Source of the DNA: Novakomyces olei
Taxonomy: Eukaryota
Length of the DNA stretch: 64,000 nt
Direction of reading: 5' to 3'
Assembly: GCA_016906335.1 (NCBI GenBank)
Contig: JADEYG010000003.1
Span: forward strand, 1,178,001-1,242,000
Numbering within the stretch: position 1 is the stretch's first letter; each line of letters opens with the position of its first letter. A model generated the notes under the pieces. It did no database searches. It had not been told where the DNA came from and saw only the letters and a list, made by a program, of their open reading frames with translations. Below are positions 28,216-41,470 of the stretch, piece after piece. The position numbers and the translations under genes were made by a program.

Positions 28216-28828
28216 TTAGACTGCATGTACATCAGCATTTGTTCAAAAAAATAAAAAATAAAAAAGGGCGTCAAAAGTGTAGATGATAATGATGATTGGA
28301 AAGATATATTTAGCTCAGTAAGGTCGAGATAAAAGGCAATAAATGAAGGAGGTAACGATAATTGATCCCATCGGATTGTCGAAAAGCAGTAAAACAGAGA
28401 AAAGTAGATAAACCAAACAGCAAAATCAAGCTCCTCTGTAATACCGTCCAAATAGTCTGCTGCTACAAGCAACTCTAGCGCCATTCCTGGCGGCGGATCG
28501 AAATCAGGTACTTCTGGAGCGTCCTGGTACTTGAGATTAAAATACATATACTCGCACACTTTTTCCAGAAGCGTAGCACTGCACTGTCAGCTTTTAGCCG
28601 GGCCAAATTCATACTCAATCTCGGGAAATCGGCATTGGTTGCTTTGTGATTCAACAAAATTGCCTAGAATTAGCTCTAATTCCGTTCAGAATTCGTACCC
28701 GATCCGCCAATCATGTTGCGAATTGTACCAGAGACACATGCGGCTTCACGCGATACAATAAATTCAAACCCGTCAGACGATATTAATTTTACGTACGGCC
28801 GTGCGGCGGATTCTGACTCGTCGGCCAT
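28216..28828 (-). CDS. ELC1: Elongin C
   Basis: YVKLISSDGFEFIVSREAACVSGTIRNM, LLEKVCEYMYFNLKY, ALELLVAADYLD|V*. Three introns; the last exon is 5 nt. Confidence 0.92.
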
Positions 28829-28865
28829 TGCTAATTGACCTGAACCAGACAGATAGTATATGCCA

Positions 28866-29000
28866 ATTATTTTTATTATTTTTATTATTTTTATTATTTT
28901 TATTATTTTTATTATTTTTATTATTTTTATTATTTTTATTATTTTTATTATTTTTATTATTTTTATTATTTTTATTATTTTTATTATTTTTATTATTTTT
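28866..29000. repeat. (TTATTTTTA)n 9-mer array upstream of ELC1
   Basis: Direct reading. Confidence 0.95.
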
Positions 29001-29224
29001 CGTATTATCCATTAATACAATACGTTAAAGTCACATGTAAAATTATCAGTACATAACAACGGGCACTCGCAGTACTGACTCTATATACAAAGGCTTTGAA
29101 TGAAGATGGCAAAAGCATAAAAAACAATTCTATTATTTCTAGTTATTGTAAATAATGAATCATTAACTTTATTACATATAGCGCTGACGGATTTCCATAC
29201 ACATTACTATATATACTACTGCAA

Positions 29225-31591
29225 TCAAGCTCCCAACTGAGACGCGTCCAGTCCCATTGCGTTCAGGAAGAGGTTCACATTGGCAATTTTCACGTTGGCC
29301 AGCTCGGCGGGTACTTTTCTGGCGTGCACAACATTGTCCAGAACCTTCCCACGAACCTCCACCACCAATGTATGCTGCTGTTGTGAAGACGCAGAGGCAG
29401 CAAAAGCAGCCAAAAACTGCCACGGGTACTGCTCGTCAGAGACTGCCGTAGGTGTCGGCGGAGGGAATACATCATTAAAATGACCTTGTAGAGAAGAGAA
29501 GAGTCCATCAAACACTTGCTTCCAAGCTTCGTTTTCCCCTTCAGCATCTGCAGAATCTGCCTGCCGTAAAATTTGCGCACGGGATACGAGAATGGTTAGC
29601 AACGAAAGCCCAACTTTGGTACGGATTAGCTGGAAAAGGTCGATACGATCAACAATTATCCCCACCAGGCCAGTCACAATACGCAGGGAGGATTCGGAAA
29701 TTTGTGACAGAATCGCGGGAAAAACTGTTCGCAAAAACACGTCAATTTCAAGCTTTGTTTCTGCATCTAAAGCGCCTGTAGAAGGATCAGGTATGCCGTT
29801 ACGAACAACGTCGAGCATACTCAAGTGGGCCATTATCATCGTGACTATTGTCAGGCGCTGTTCGTTGCCAAGGTGACGGAAAATACGGGGCAAGAGCAGC
29901 TTACCCTTGAGCAGGTTAAGTAGAGCGATAAACGGGTGAGTCTCCCCATTTTGAGGCATGTCCATGACGCAGAGCCCACGGTAAATATTGTCGATTTTCT
30001 TGTCGATTTTTTGCTTCCACTCCTCCTCGCTTTCTTCATTATTACGCGGCTGACTAAGCGCGTCTTCCAACTCTAATTGCTGCAAGTAAAGCTGCTCAAC
30101 AGCGGCTAAAACGGACTTGCGGTCTCGAAATTCGAGCGGTGGTCTAGACCCGTCTTTAGACCATACAGAACTTGTACTATTTGCCGTCGTCGTGGCAGTG
30201 GTTAATTGCAACATTTGTTTAGGGGTTCGTACGTTGTGAGCTGTAATTTTGCCCAAAGTTCCCTCCAATTGAGCTCCGCCTCTTGCGTGAGGCCTTTCCA
30301 GGGCAGAGGCCACTATTCTTTGCACCTGCTGTTGCACTTTAGCCAACGGGTTATCGTTGCGTCGACGGTTGCTCTGCTGACCTGTCTGTGACAGGTAAGT
30401 CTGAGCTGCCAGGTTCAATTCTTGTGGAGTAGATCGTTTTCCACGCATAGAAAAGTACACATGATAATAAAAATCATCAGAGGCCGGGTCTTCCGATACT
30501 AACCGTGATAATTGTATACGCGCAACCAGCTGCTTATCGTGAGGTGTCATTAGTCCATTGTATTTGGCAATCTCTGCCAGCTTTCTTCCCCGTGCTGCCA
30601 GTTTGATTTGGTCTTCGGGGGAAATGTAATGCGTTTGTCTTTGCTGGTCCATTATAGACTGTAAATTGGGTGTCATTCCCGCCTCTCTTGCCCATTGTTG
30701 CAAGGCTATAGGGGCCGTGGGCGGACGAACAGGTCCTTGAGGGGGAACGTTTAGACCCGCAGGGCCAACCTGCCCAACTTGTCCTTCTGGTCGGACTACA
30801 GGAGGCCTTACAGGGTGGCCAGGGATACCTTGTTGCACGTGGGGACTGAAGTTTGGATTGTAGGCGGGTACTGTTTGATTTACAGCACTGTAGTTAGGTA
30901 GGCCATAGACAGGACCGGGACCAGGCCCTGGTCCAGGTCCGGGTCCGGGGACAACGGGGCCAGAAGGCGGACGCGGTTGCCGGGCACGATTAGCCAGAAT
31001 CTGTGCTTCAACCTCTTCCAGAGTCAATCCCTTCTTTGCACCTTGTGACGGCTGTTATTAGCTTTACAATAACAAAACTAGTACACAATATTTTACACTC
31101 ATACCTCTGCCGGTTTATCAGTCAGTGACTTTTCAATTTCCGTGACGGATAGAGCCTTGGCTGCCTGAGGCTTCTTAGCCTTTGCAGGTGGTGCAGGACC
31201 CCAGATCGAATCCATTGGCACCAGTTCTGGTATCGGTATCACGACAGTCTCTTGGCCAGATACTGTCGGAACCGGTGGTGCAGGCACTGACTTTTTCCTA
31301 GGCGCAGCAGCAAAAGTTGCCTGATCATCATCGATAGCATCCGACACTTCTGCTGTTTTGCCTGAAAAATCGAAATCTTTCATTCCTGCAGTGACGTCTG
31401 TGCCAAACGTATCGTCGTTGAAGGCGTCATTGGACTCGTCCAGCGTATCGCCGAGTCCGTCATAGGTATCGTCAAATTCGAGGCTGAAGTTAGAAGCTGA
31501 GGCATTTGCTATAATCAGGCGCAACATACACATTTTGGTCCGCACTGCCGGGTTTAATCCCACTCGGGTCAAAGCCGAAAAACGACGCCAT
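29225..31591 (-). CDS. PAT1: mRNA decapping activator Pat1
   Basis: MASFFGFD, DAFNDDTFG, TLEEVEAQI, KYNGLMTPHDK, DDFYY, GTLGKI, RIFRHL, NVNLFLNAMGL. Confidence 0.92.
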
Positions 31592-32092
31592 CTCGGCGGA
31601 ACCGCTTTATGCGCCTTTGGCACCGCTAATGAGAAGCTCGGTACACGCTACACGCGGGGCGGAGACAATATTATCTCAAACACCTCAGGCCGAGCAAGCA
31701 AAAGCTCAATGCTCACTGGCTGGTGTGACTTGAAAAAGCTAAAAGGCGATACGTACAATACTGAATATATTGCGATTATTATACACATTTCAAAGCGCTG
31801 GGCTTTGGCGTACTTTTACACTAAAATTATATAAATAATTACGGCAATAAATGGTGTATTCTCTATACTTACGATATTAATATTCGTATCATTGCAGCTA
31901 ACCCTAACTTGAGCTGTAATTAGCCCTAACTAACCCTTCGCCAGAACAGATTTGGGACAGTACAATAAAGCATGTATCAATCAATGTATGGTGATGGACA
32001 ACACAAATTATGACATAAAATATACGCTTCGCCAAGTATTACTGATAGAGCAGTACCGCAATTTCACGTGAGCAGCCTTCGACTTGCGAGTC

Positions 32093-33281
32093 ATGGCACA
32101 GCAGCCGCTCAATCATATAAAGACTCCGTTCACTGTACTGATAACCGGTGCAAACAGGTACACGCAAGCATACAATGAAGAAACTGCATAGGTACTAAAT
32201 GAAAAAGCGGTCTCGGGTTCGCAATTGCGAGTCGCGTAATAGATCGATGCATAGCTGAGCGGAGACGGGCACGTATTATCATCACGTGCAGGTCACGAGA
32301 TAAGGCAGTTGATGCAATCGAGAAACTATGCAAAAGGCGTACAGCGCGTGACCTGTTACATCTTATAATGGCATATGAATTGCTTGATACTGCAAGTATG
32401 GCATCCGTCCAAGCTTGTGCTGATGCTCTTCAAAAGTATAAATAAATTGTCTTTTCTTGTTTATTTCTTTCTCTCCTTTTCGCTGCAAATCTAATTGCAA
32501 GGTATCAAAGGATCGATGTTGCCTTTTTCAACGCAGGAACATGGTCAATATCGCACATCGATTTTAAGGCGGCAATAGCCGAATTCTTTCAGCGTGGACT
32601 ATTGGCCTGCTTAACTACGCCCGAGTTTTATGTACAGCGCACTGGGGAGACAACAGCTGATGGAATGGGGTACTTGTTCCAGGTCAATTTCTTTGCGCAA
32701 TACTATTTGGTACGTTTAGACACCGCACTTGCATTAATCATTATTAGAAAGTCCAATTGTTACCACTGTTACAAGGCGGCCGGGCTGTCTTTACGTCTTC
32801 TCTTACTAGCACGGGCAACGTAAATGTGGAGGACTGGCAATGTATTCATGGCTCCAAACCTTATGAAACCTCAAAATCTGTGCTGTCTAGCGTCTATGCA
32901 GAATGTAGGCAACCCGATACGCTTGAATACTTGGTACAGCCAGGGCTCTTTCGTTCCGGTATGTGGGACCAAGGTATAGGAGCATTGCTGGCGATACTGG
33001 CTCAAATTTGTTTTTTCCTGGCCCGTTTGTGCGGTAGTCCCTGGCACAATATGTTTCCAGATAAATCAGCCATTGCTTTCGAGTGGGTCGGATTTGACGC
33101 TGGATCAGAGCATCAGGGCATACGTTGGGGTTCTGCCACTACGCGATTAGGGCAAGAGTATGTTCGGGAAACGGATGTAATCGAGCGAACTGAAAATACT
33201 AGGGTAATTTTTGGTAAAGCAAAGGCATTGATGAAGGAGTGGCAGGATAAATTGCATAAAGAGAAGAAAATAGAGGCTTAA
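32093..33281 (+). CDS. ERG27: 3-keto-steroid reductase (SDR family)
   Basis: VLITGAN|SGLGFAIA, IIITCRS, FFNAG, DGMGYLFQVNFFAQYY, YETSK, ARLCGSPWH, WGSATTRLG. Confidence 0.88.
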
Positions 33282-34330
33282 TTCAAGTCTTTCTGAAATT
33301 GGGAAAAGGTTATAATTTGTAAGCAAATCAATGGGTTTGATTCTGCTGTTGCTCTACCCCTAATTTATTATACTATTATATAAACTAAGCTCTACAATTC
33401 AAACACGATTACGATACGGTCGGCTAACCCTGGATTAATTGTTTGGTATTTTGTAGAATGTTCTTGTATTAGGCGAACGCCAAGAGTGCACAGTTAGAGC
33501 GAAACTTTGGTCACAGTCAAGGAATAATGAACAATGAACAATTTGCACTTTTTCCACAGACAAGGCGGAGGGTACAAATGAGCCAGGTTAAACATTGTCT
33601 ATATTACTCTAAAAATGAAAGGACCTATCTATTAGCAATTAGAATGCACAAGCGTGTAATAGTCGACAGATGACTAGAGCTCTGTCTATACATTCTCTGA
33701 AAATCATTCACTAAAAGCTTGCCTGTTTTCTTGGACGTTAGCACAAAGGCTAATGAGCAGCAAATACAAGGCTTATTCTAAACTTATTTACCAGCGAGTT
33801 TCTTCTGTAAATTAATTATTTAATATAGAGAGAGAATTATATATCGGCGTTGCTAAAGTGTCCTTTTAATTTGGAGAGACAGTACTGAACATAGCGAGCT
33901 CTTCGCATTAGAATGAGACAATGGCACATTTTGAAACTCGAAAAGGGCCTTTGGCAGCCTTGTGCAAGCAATGTTAAATTTCAAAAAAAGATGATCGTGA
34001 CGTCTTCTATGTAGAGTATACCAGTATCAAGCTAGAACAATGCTACCGCGTCTAACGAGCAACTTCGACGCTAAAAGATATATCCCAGAACGAGACTAGT
34101 CAGTATTCAGTATTCAGTGTAATTTCGTGTTTCCGTAATGTTCGTGTTTCTGTACTTTGCCCCCTACATTGGGAATACGCACACACAATAGGGCTTTGCC
34201 ATTATTGTGGCACAATGTGGTCAAATAAATTTACGCTCCATGCGTACAAGCAATATAGTGGTTTTTCCCAACGTCTTGGGCTTAGTTGGCAATTTAGTTT
34301 GTCTCAGGCTGGCCGACATTAGTGCAGCCA

Positions 34331-35644
34331 ATGGTCAGCGTTCTCGGATCCCCGATAGCCAGAGCATTGCTCGTAGTATGCGCTTTTCTACTGACTTCTC
34401 ATTTCATATTGCGCAATGTCACAGGCAGAGTCGATCTATCCAGGCGGCCTTCCTCAAAGACGGCGACGGGAAGAGATCGTGTGCTTGGTGATGCAATTAC
34501 TCCAATGCGTAAAGCCGAGTTCTTCTCTTCGCCTCCCGTGGAGACGTCCAACGATACAGAAGTACGGGCTACTTTTGTTTCACTTGCCCGCAATACTGAT
34601 CTGAATGATCTGCTTGCTTCTATCAAAGAGGTTGAAGAAGCCTTCAATCACAAGTACAAATATGGCTGGATATTTTTGAACGAGCAAGAGTTTACAGAAG
34701 AGTTCAAGACGCTCACTACACGCGCTGTCTCTGGGCCAACTCAGTACGGCTTTATACCGCAAGAACAATGGAGCGTGCCCTCGCACATTGACATGAGCTA
34801 CGCGGAGGAGAGAATGACTCAAATGCAGAATGAAGGCGTCATTTATGGCGGATCGTTGTCCTATCGGCACATGTGTCGATACGAGTCGGGGTTTTTTTGG
34901 CGGCATCCTTTACTACAGGATTATGAGTATTACTGGCGAGTTGAACCGGGAATCAAAATGTAATTATTTTTCAGATTTTTTTTAGCTAATTGCAGAATGT
35001 GTGATGTGGACTACGATCCTTTCAAGTTTATGAAGGCAAACGATAAAAAGTATGGGTTTGTGCTCACCTTGCCCGAGTACCCGGCCACTATTCCTACACT
35101 GTGGCGTCGCACTCGCGAATTCTTACAAGAGCATCCCGAGTATATCGCAGATAATAATCTCTGGAACTGGCTTACGGATGACGGGGGAAAGAGCTACAGT
35201 GGTTGTCATTTTGTATGCTTTGTATCTGTTTGGCTACTATCTAACTACTGCAGTGGAGCAATTTTGAAATTGCGAGTCTAGACACTTGGCGCACAGGCGC
35301 CTATCCAGAATATTTTGACTATCTCGATAAGGCAGGTGGATTCTTCTACGAACGATGGGGAGATGCTCCAGTTCATTCAATTGCAGCCGGAATGTTTCTG
35401 CGACGGGACCAGGTCCACTTTTTCAACGATATTGGTATGACGGGTGTTTATTGGCTTTTATTGACGCGATTTAGGTTATTATCACATACCATTTACGCAT
35501 TGCCCGATTGAGCAAGATTTTCGATCCAAGTGCCGTTGTGATCCAGAGGAAACTCTTGATTGGAAAGGGTGGTCGTGTCTAAGTAAATGGTTCCGTGTGA
35601 ACGAACTACCGTTACCAATAGGTCACGAGAAATACGGAAATTAG
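34331..35644 (+). CDS. Alpha-1,2-mannosyltransferase, KRE2/KTR (GT15) family
   Basis: N-terminal TM helix; [53 protein letters not shown]. Confidence 0.93.
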
Positions 35645-36209
35645 TACGGGAAATGTTTTGATACTGCTGACGAGTTTTTGGTCTATTACATTGTATTCAT
35701 TCGTGCAATGGATCAATGGTGCAAAATGTGTGTGTTTAATGGTTTAATGGCCGCGCGTGTGCGCACCTCTTTTATTCCGTTTAATTTTGTCTATACTGGT
35801 GTTTAAACTAGTCATGTCCGCAATGATCTTACTCTAGATCAGAATCAATGCAAATTTGATTGTAATAATGATTTTCATCAATTTGCTTATTGCTTTTGCG
35901 ATTTTGCAATGTATATCGGTTTCTAATTTGCATGCAGTTCATATGTCCAATCTATTTTTTACAGTTTATTTTCTTTTTTGTATTCCAACTTACTTATTCC
36001 ATGTCTTTATCCTCGAGTATCTTTTGCCTCCTTATCCGTTTATTCATATAGCATAGACCGCATATAGCATTACTTATTAATATCTAAAATTTTAGGGTGT
36101 TGAAAAATTATTGTAATTAGCACGAGTTTAATATATAGAGCGTCGAATAGAATAATAATCTTTCCTCTCCATTGGCGATCAAGACAAAACTTGCAATCAG
36201 GATAAGAAA

Positions 36210-38171
36210 ATGTCGACAAAGTCGGCGTCCAAATTGAAGCGCGAGGTAAATTGCTTTAATCCTAGTATCTGGATTAACAATTTTAGGCCAAGAAAGCCGA
36301 AAAAGGGTCCGGAAAGCCGACGCTGGCAGAGAAAAAGGCGGCCAAGAAGGCAGCAGCAAATGGTGAAAATGGCGATGATGAAGTTGCCCAGGCTGTCGGT
36401 GCCATGAATATTGGACAAGATTTTGAGCGTACTGCCACTGGCGTTCTTACTAGCCAAAAAATGAGCCGTGATATCAAGATTGAAGATTATACTCTTTCTT
36501 TCCACGGCCGCCTGCTAATTGAGAACGCCACCATTGAACTCAACCACGGACAGCGTTATGGTATACCATTCAATTTCTTATATTTTTCTGTGTATTTTGA
36601 TCTTTCTACTAAACAATGAAAAAGGTTTACTTGGAGCAAACGGATCTGGCAAGAGTACGTTCCTGCAATCACTGGCTGCTCGTGACGTGGAAACTCCGGA
36701 ACATATTGATATTTATTTATTGAATGCCGAAGCAGAGCCGACGGAAGTTAACGCTATTGAATATATTATCAACGAGGCCAAACTCAAGGTGGAAAAGCTG
36801 GAGAAAGAGATTGAAGTGCTTTCCGTGGCGGAAGACGTGGACGAGCTTCTTATGGAGAGCAAATATGAAGAACTGGAAGACCTTGACCCTAACACTTTTG
36901 AGTCCAAGGCCGCTATGATCCTCCACGGTCTCGGATTCTCTCGGGAGATGATGGACAAACCCACCAAGGACATGTCTGGTGGATGGCGGATGCGTGTAGC
37001 ACTTGGCCGAGCTCTGTTCTTGAAGCCATCTGTTCTTTTGCTTGATGAGCCCACGAACCATCTTGACCTTGAGGCTGTAGTTTGGCTCGAATCCTACTTG
37101 GCTTTGTATGACAAAATCCTCGTTGTAAATTCTCATTCGCAAGACTTTTTGAACAATGTGTGTACAAATATCATGGATCTTACCATCAAAAAGAAACTGG
37201 TTTACTATGGCGGAAATTTTGACAGTTATATCCGTACCAAGGAAGAAAATGAAACAAACCAGATGAAAGCCTACAATAAACAGCAAGAGGAAATTGCTCA
37301 CATTAAAAAGTTTATTGCCAGCGCTGGTACTTATGCCAACTTGGTCCGCCAGGCCAAGTCTAAGCAAAAGATTATCGACAAGATGGAAGCCGCTGGTCTC
37401 ATTGAAAAAGTGGACGCTCCCAAATCTTTTAGCTTTCAATTTGAGGCTACACGAAAATTGCCTCCGCCCATTATTGCGTTCAACGATGTTGCCTTTTCGT
37501 ATGATGGTGAATTAAAAAATGCACTTTATCGCGATTTGAGCTTCGGTATTGACATGGACTCGCGTGTTGCTATTGTCGGAAAAAACGGTACTGGCAAATC
37601 GACACTTCTCAATCTTATCATCGGCGACCTTATGCCTATTGCGGGTAACGTTTCCCGCTACGCTGGCTTGAAGTTGGCCAGATACTCTCAACACTCGGCT
37701 GATCAATTACCGTACGATATGACTCCATTGGACTGGGTCCAACACGTTTATAAGCCTAAATACCCCGAGCGCGAATTACAGGGCTGGCGAAGTGTACTGG
37801 GCCGTTTTGGTATATCTGGATCCCATCAGACCAGCGAGATTCGAACACTCAGTGACGGTCTGAAAAGCCGTGCAGTTTTTGCGTCTTTGGCGTTAGAGCA
37901 GCCACACATCTTACTCCTGGACGAGCCGACTAACCATCTCGATATTCAGTCAATTGATGCGCTTGCTGAGGCGTGCAAGAATTTCACTGGCGGTGTTGTT
38001 CTTGTTTCTCACGATTTCCGTTTAATCTCACAGATTGCGAATGAACTGTGGGAGGTGAAGGATAAAAAGGTTCATCGCCTTGATATGTCCATCGACCAGT
38101 ACAAGAAACATTTGGCTTCAGATATGGGCAACGTGCAGGAATCAATTGCCAAGCTCAAGAACTTGAAATAG
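36210..38171 (+). CDS. ARB1: ABC-F ATPase Arb1/ABCF2
   Basis: Two ABC cassettes (GANGSGKST, SGGWRMR, LLLDEPTNHLD; GKNGTGKST, LSDGLKSR), no TM segments, IKKFIASAGTYANLVRQAKSKQK linker. Two 5' introns. Confidence 0.93.
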
Positions 38172-38610
38172 ACACGACCATGACGTTTGGGGATAGAAGG
38201 GATCATGTTACATTGTTGGTCGGAAATATTAATGCCTTTAATACATGTTTGACAGGAGTGCAGAATGCAGAATAGATGCTGGCACGTAAAGTAGACTTTA
38301 TGCTATTCTTGCACGTTTCGATAGGGATTCGTCAAATTCTTTAGTATATATTAGTATATATTATTGTATTGTATATATAATTCGGGCGTCAGGCAATCGC
38401 CCGGATTACTCGTCCAAATTTATACAGACAGCAAGACATGTAGTATTGCTTGTTGTTACTTTTATGACTTGTTTATGACTTGTGTATGTTCAGTGCAAGC
38501 CAGAGGAGGAAGATGTGTACAGGACCGCCGAAATATTGGAGCGTAATAATAGCGCCAAAGTGCAGTATCAGCAATTGTAGTCTACAATATTCATACAAGG
38601 AGGCGGCAGT

Positions 38611-39778
38611 TTAGTGTCTTGAAGCGAGTAAGAGTGTAAACACAGTACTGGCAGTCGCAGCAACAACGGCGCTGCCAAGCGCCAGTAGAGAAACGTCCTT
38701 GTACTGTAAACTGGCACGGTCTGAGCTGAACAGGTTCTGTGCCCACAGCTGTAGCCTCAACAGCCGCGCCTGTAAAGCGTCTGTGAGGGTAGTATACTCT
38801 GCAGCGGCAGGCAGTCCGCTACTATCAATGCCACCAGTACTATCAATGCTGCCAGTACTTTCAATGCTGCCAGAACTATCAATGCTGCCAGAACTGCGGT
38901 CAGGATTGAGGGCAGAATTGTTCCTGCTTTCCGCTAGCACTTCGCGCACAGACTCCTCAAACGTGTCAATGTACCGTTTGCGCTTCATTGGCTCAATAAC
39001 CACCTGCACCGCGACAAAGAGAATCACGTTGAAGGCCATTAGTCCCCAAGTGCCCCACGTACCAGCACGCCGGATCTTGTCGCTCCAAATCTGCTCTTCG
39101 TGGTACCGCCGAAGGATCGTACGGACGAGTACTTCCTGTGCATCTTCTACACCACTTTCACACTCAGCCAGCCTTACTTTTGTCTCCGACTCCTGTCGCT
39201 CCAGTCCATGCGTCTCCTGGAACAGTACAGCGAACCGTTCAACGTCACGTGTACTCCAAGAGTTTTTACGCTGAAGCAGTTCGTTCAGCTCTCGCTGAGA
39301 ATCGGACCGTCGACGAACGGCATCGGAGTAAGCCGACTTGGAGTCACGCAGCTCTCGGCGCCGGCGGGCTAAATTTTGTTCTATACAGTTAGGAGAGGAG
39401 GGGCAAAGTGGACTCACCCAGAGTTATAACTTGGGTCTTTAGTTCTTCAATTGCACTGTACCCGGTCAGCCGATTTATATGATTGCTCGCAGCTTCGACC
39501 GTCTCCCAAAGCGCAGGCGCATCGAAGCCATGGCCCGCCGAGTCTGAAGGCAAAAGGGGCTTCTCCGGCGCTTTGGAGGCAATAGCCGGCGCCGGCTGCT
39601 TACTGGCCTCTTTATTACGCGACTGTGGAGACAGTGTTTCTGAGGGAAAGGGGGTTTTGGCCGTACGCGAAAACTGTCGTGCACCAGCCAACGGCGCTTG
39701 CGCAATTGCTGTCCGCCGACAGAATAGACACGTCCGCCATTGCGCCCGTAACATGTGGAGTATATTTGATGTGCTCAT
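38611..39778 (-). CDS. SHE9: Mitochondrial inner-membrane protein She9/Mdm33
   Basis: INRLTGYSAIEELK, SQRELNELLQRKNSWS, RYHEEQIWSDKIRRAGTWGTWGLMAFNV. One intron. Confidence 0.92.
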
Positions 39779-39905
39779 ATACTCGGCGCCTGCTTTATAC
39801 GCATATTTTATTTGTTTTGTCGTTATAATACTGTGCTCATACTATATTTCAAAGATTATGAATAAAAGACGTTTAAAAGACGTTTAATAAACTTAATTTA
39901 TATAA

Positions 39906-40140
39906 TATTTGATTATTTGATGAATGTTTGATGAATATTTGATTAACATTTGAATATTTGATGAATATTTGATGAATATTTGATGAATATTTGATGAATG
40001 TTTGATGAATGTTTGATGAATGTTTGATGAATGTTTGATGAATGCTTGATGAATGTTTGATGAATATTTGACGACTATTTGACGAATGTTTGGTAATGTT
40101 TCAAATATTTGATAATTATTTGATAATTATTTGATAATTA
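39906..40140. repeat. (TTTGATGAATR)n 11-mer array upstream of SHE9
   Basis: Direct reading; degenerate at both ends. Confidence 0.9.
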
Positions 40141-40416
40141 ATTAATGTATTTCTCCCATACCGCATCATTTTAATCTATATTCCAAACTAAAGAATCCCG
40201 TCACCCGTCTATTGCCAATCTATGTACGCGCCCTGATAAACACATAAAGCATGCTCATCTATTCGCCAAACCCAACGTCAACCACTATATCTATCGTTCT
40301 GGGAAACGACTGTAGGCAAGTCTTTGTTTTCTAGCGCAAGCGGCGACGTAGAGGGAGAGATAAAAGGAGATGAAATGGAAAAAGATATCATAGTCATACA
40401 GAGCGCTGTAAGCCGC

Positions 40417-41470
40417 CTAAATATTCATGAGTATTTTTAGTCGCGTGTAAACGAGAAAGCTCGTGGCCGTCATGGGCACAATCTATAGTATTAGCAGTCC
40501 ATTTCGTCTTGTACTATCATCAACGCACCTTTATATAGCCAATCGTGAGCCCTACAAAGTATCCACGTAGACCGCTCGTGTGGTATATGAGCCGTATAGT
40601 CTCACGCATGCCCAGCATACGTGCGTTTTGAGCTGTTTTCCCACCGACTTGCATTTTTCGTCGAACAACTTCTAACGGATAACTCGCTGTCTGTGAAATG
40701 AGGCCGGCAAGCCCGCCGGCAATAAGTTCGGCCCCCGCTCTTAAAGGCGGCAGCCGTTGCGCACCCCGTGGATCTTCCCTAGCCGAAGGTAGGATAAAGC
40801 GATCCTTGAACATTTCCGCCCGGAACCCGTCGCTAACGATATCGTGAGCGAGGAAACTGAACCCAGCGTAGCAAAACATGCCAATAATAGTCGGGAGAAA
40901 TCCACGGTAAAAATTGCGCAAGCCCACAGCGACCCGCTGTGGCTTTGAGGCATCTTGTTCACGGTATATAGTACGGCAAACATCGAGTAAAGAAGTACGA
41001 TGCTGCCGACTCGACGTTTCGTACGCAAGTCGTACCCGCACGACTTCCAAAGGATAAGTGCAAAAAACTGAAGTTATTCCCGCCAGACTGCCAGCCGCAA
41101 ATCGTCGCCACGATACTTCATGGTGCTTGTACCGGATCAAGAAAGCACGTGCTTCCTCGTAGCACACAAACTTTATAGCGGCATAAGGAAAAATTCGTAG
41201 CAAAGTCGCTGAATGGCCTTGGAAAAGGCCAAACACGCCTGATTGTGCGTATATTGACTGCAGTGCCCGTGCGAACCCGAGCCATGTGCCAGAGTACTTT
41301 ACAAACTGTGGATTTGACGCCTGAAACAGGATTTTGACCCGGTCCAACGGGGCAATAATAGTCTTTGCTGCACAGCCGGCACAGCCGCCCGCGATTCCAG
41401 AACGGACAACAAGATCAAGGTTGTCCGTATATACGGCCGCCGATGGGCCGTCCCCTGCCGATTTCGCCAT
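40417..41470 (-). CDS. LEU5: Mitochondrial carrier, Leu5-like CoA transporter
   Basis: RSGIAGGCAGCAAKTIIAPLDRVKILFQ, QGHSATLLRIFPYAAIKF, three PxD/ExxK/R repeats, GLTIGYIK|IVPMTATSF. Confidence 0.88.

Noticed and set aside
28773..29028. ORFs encoding (NNK)n and (LFL)n; similar ORFs at 5100, 26021 and 49046
   Set aside because: Translations of microsatellites.
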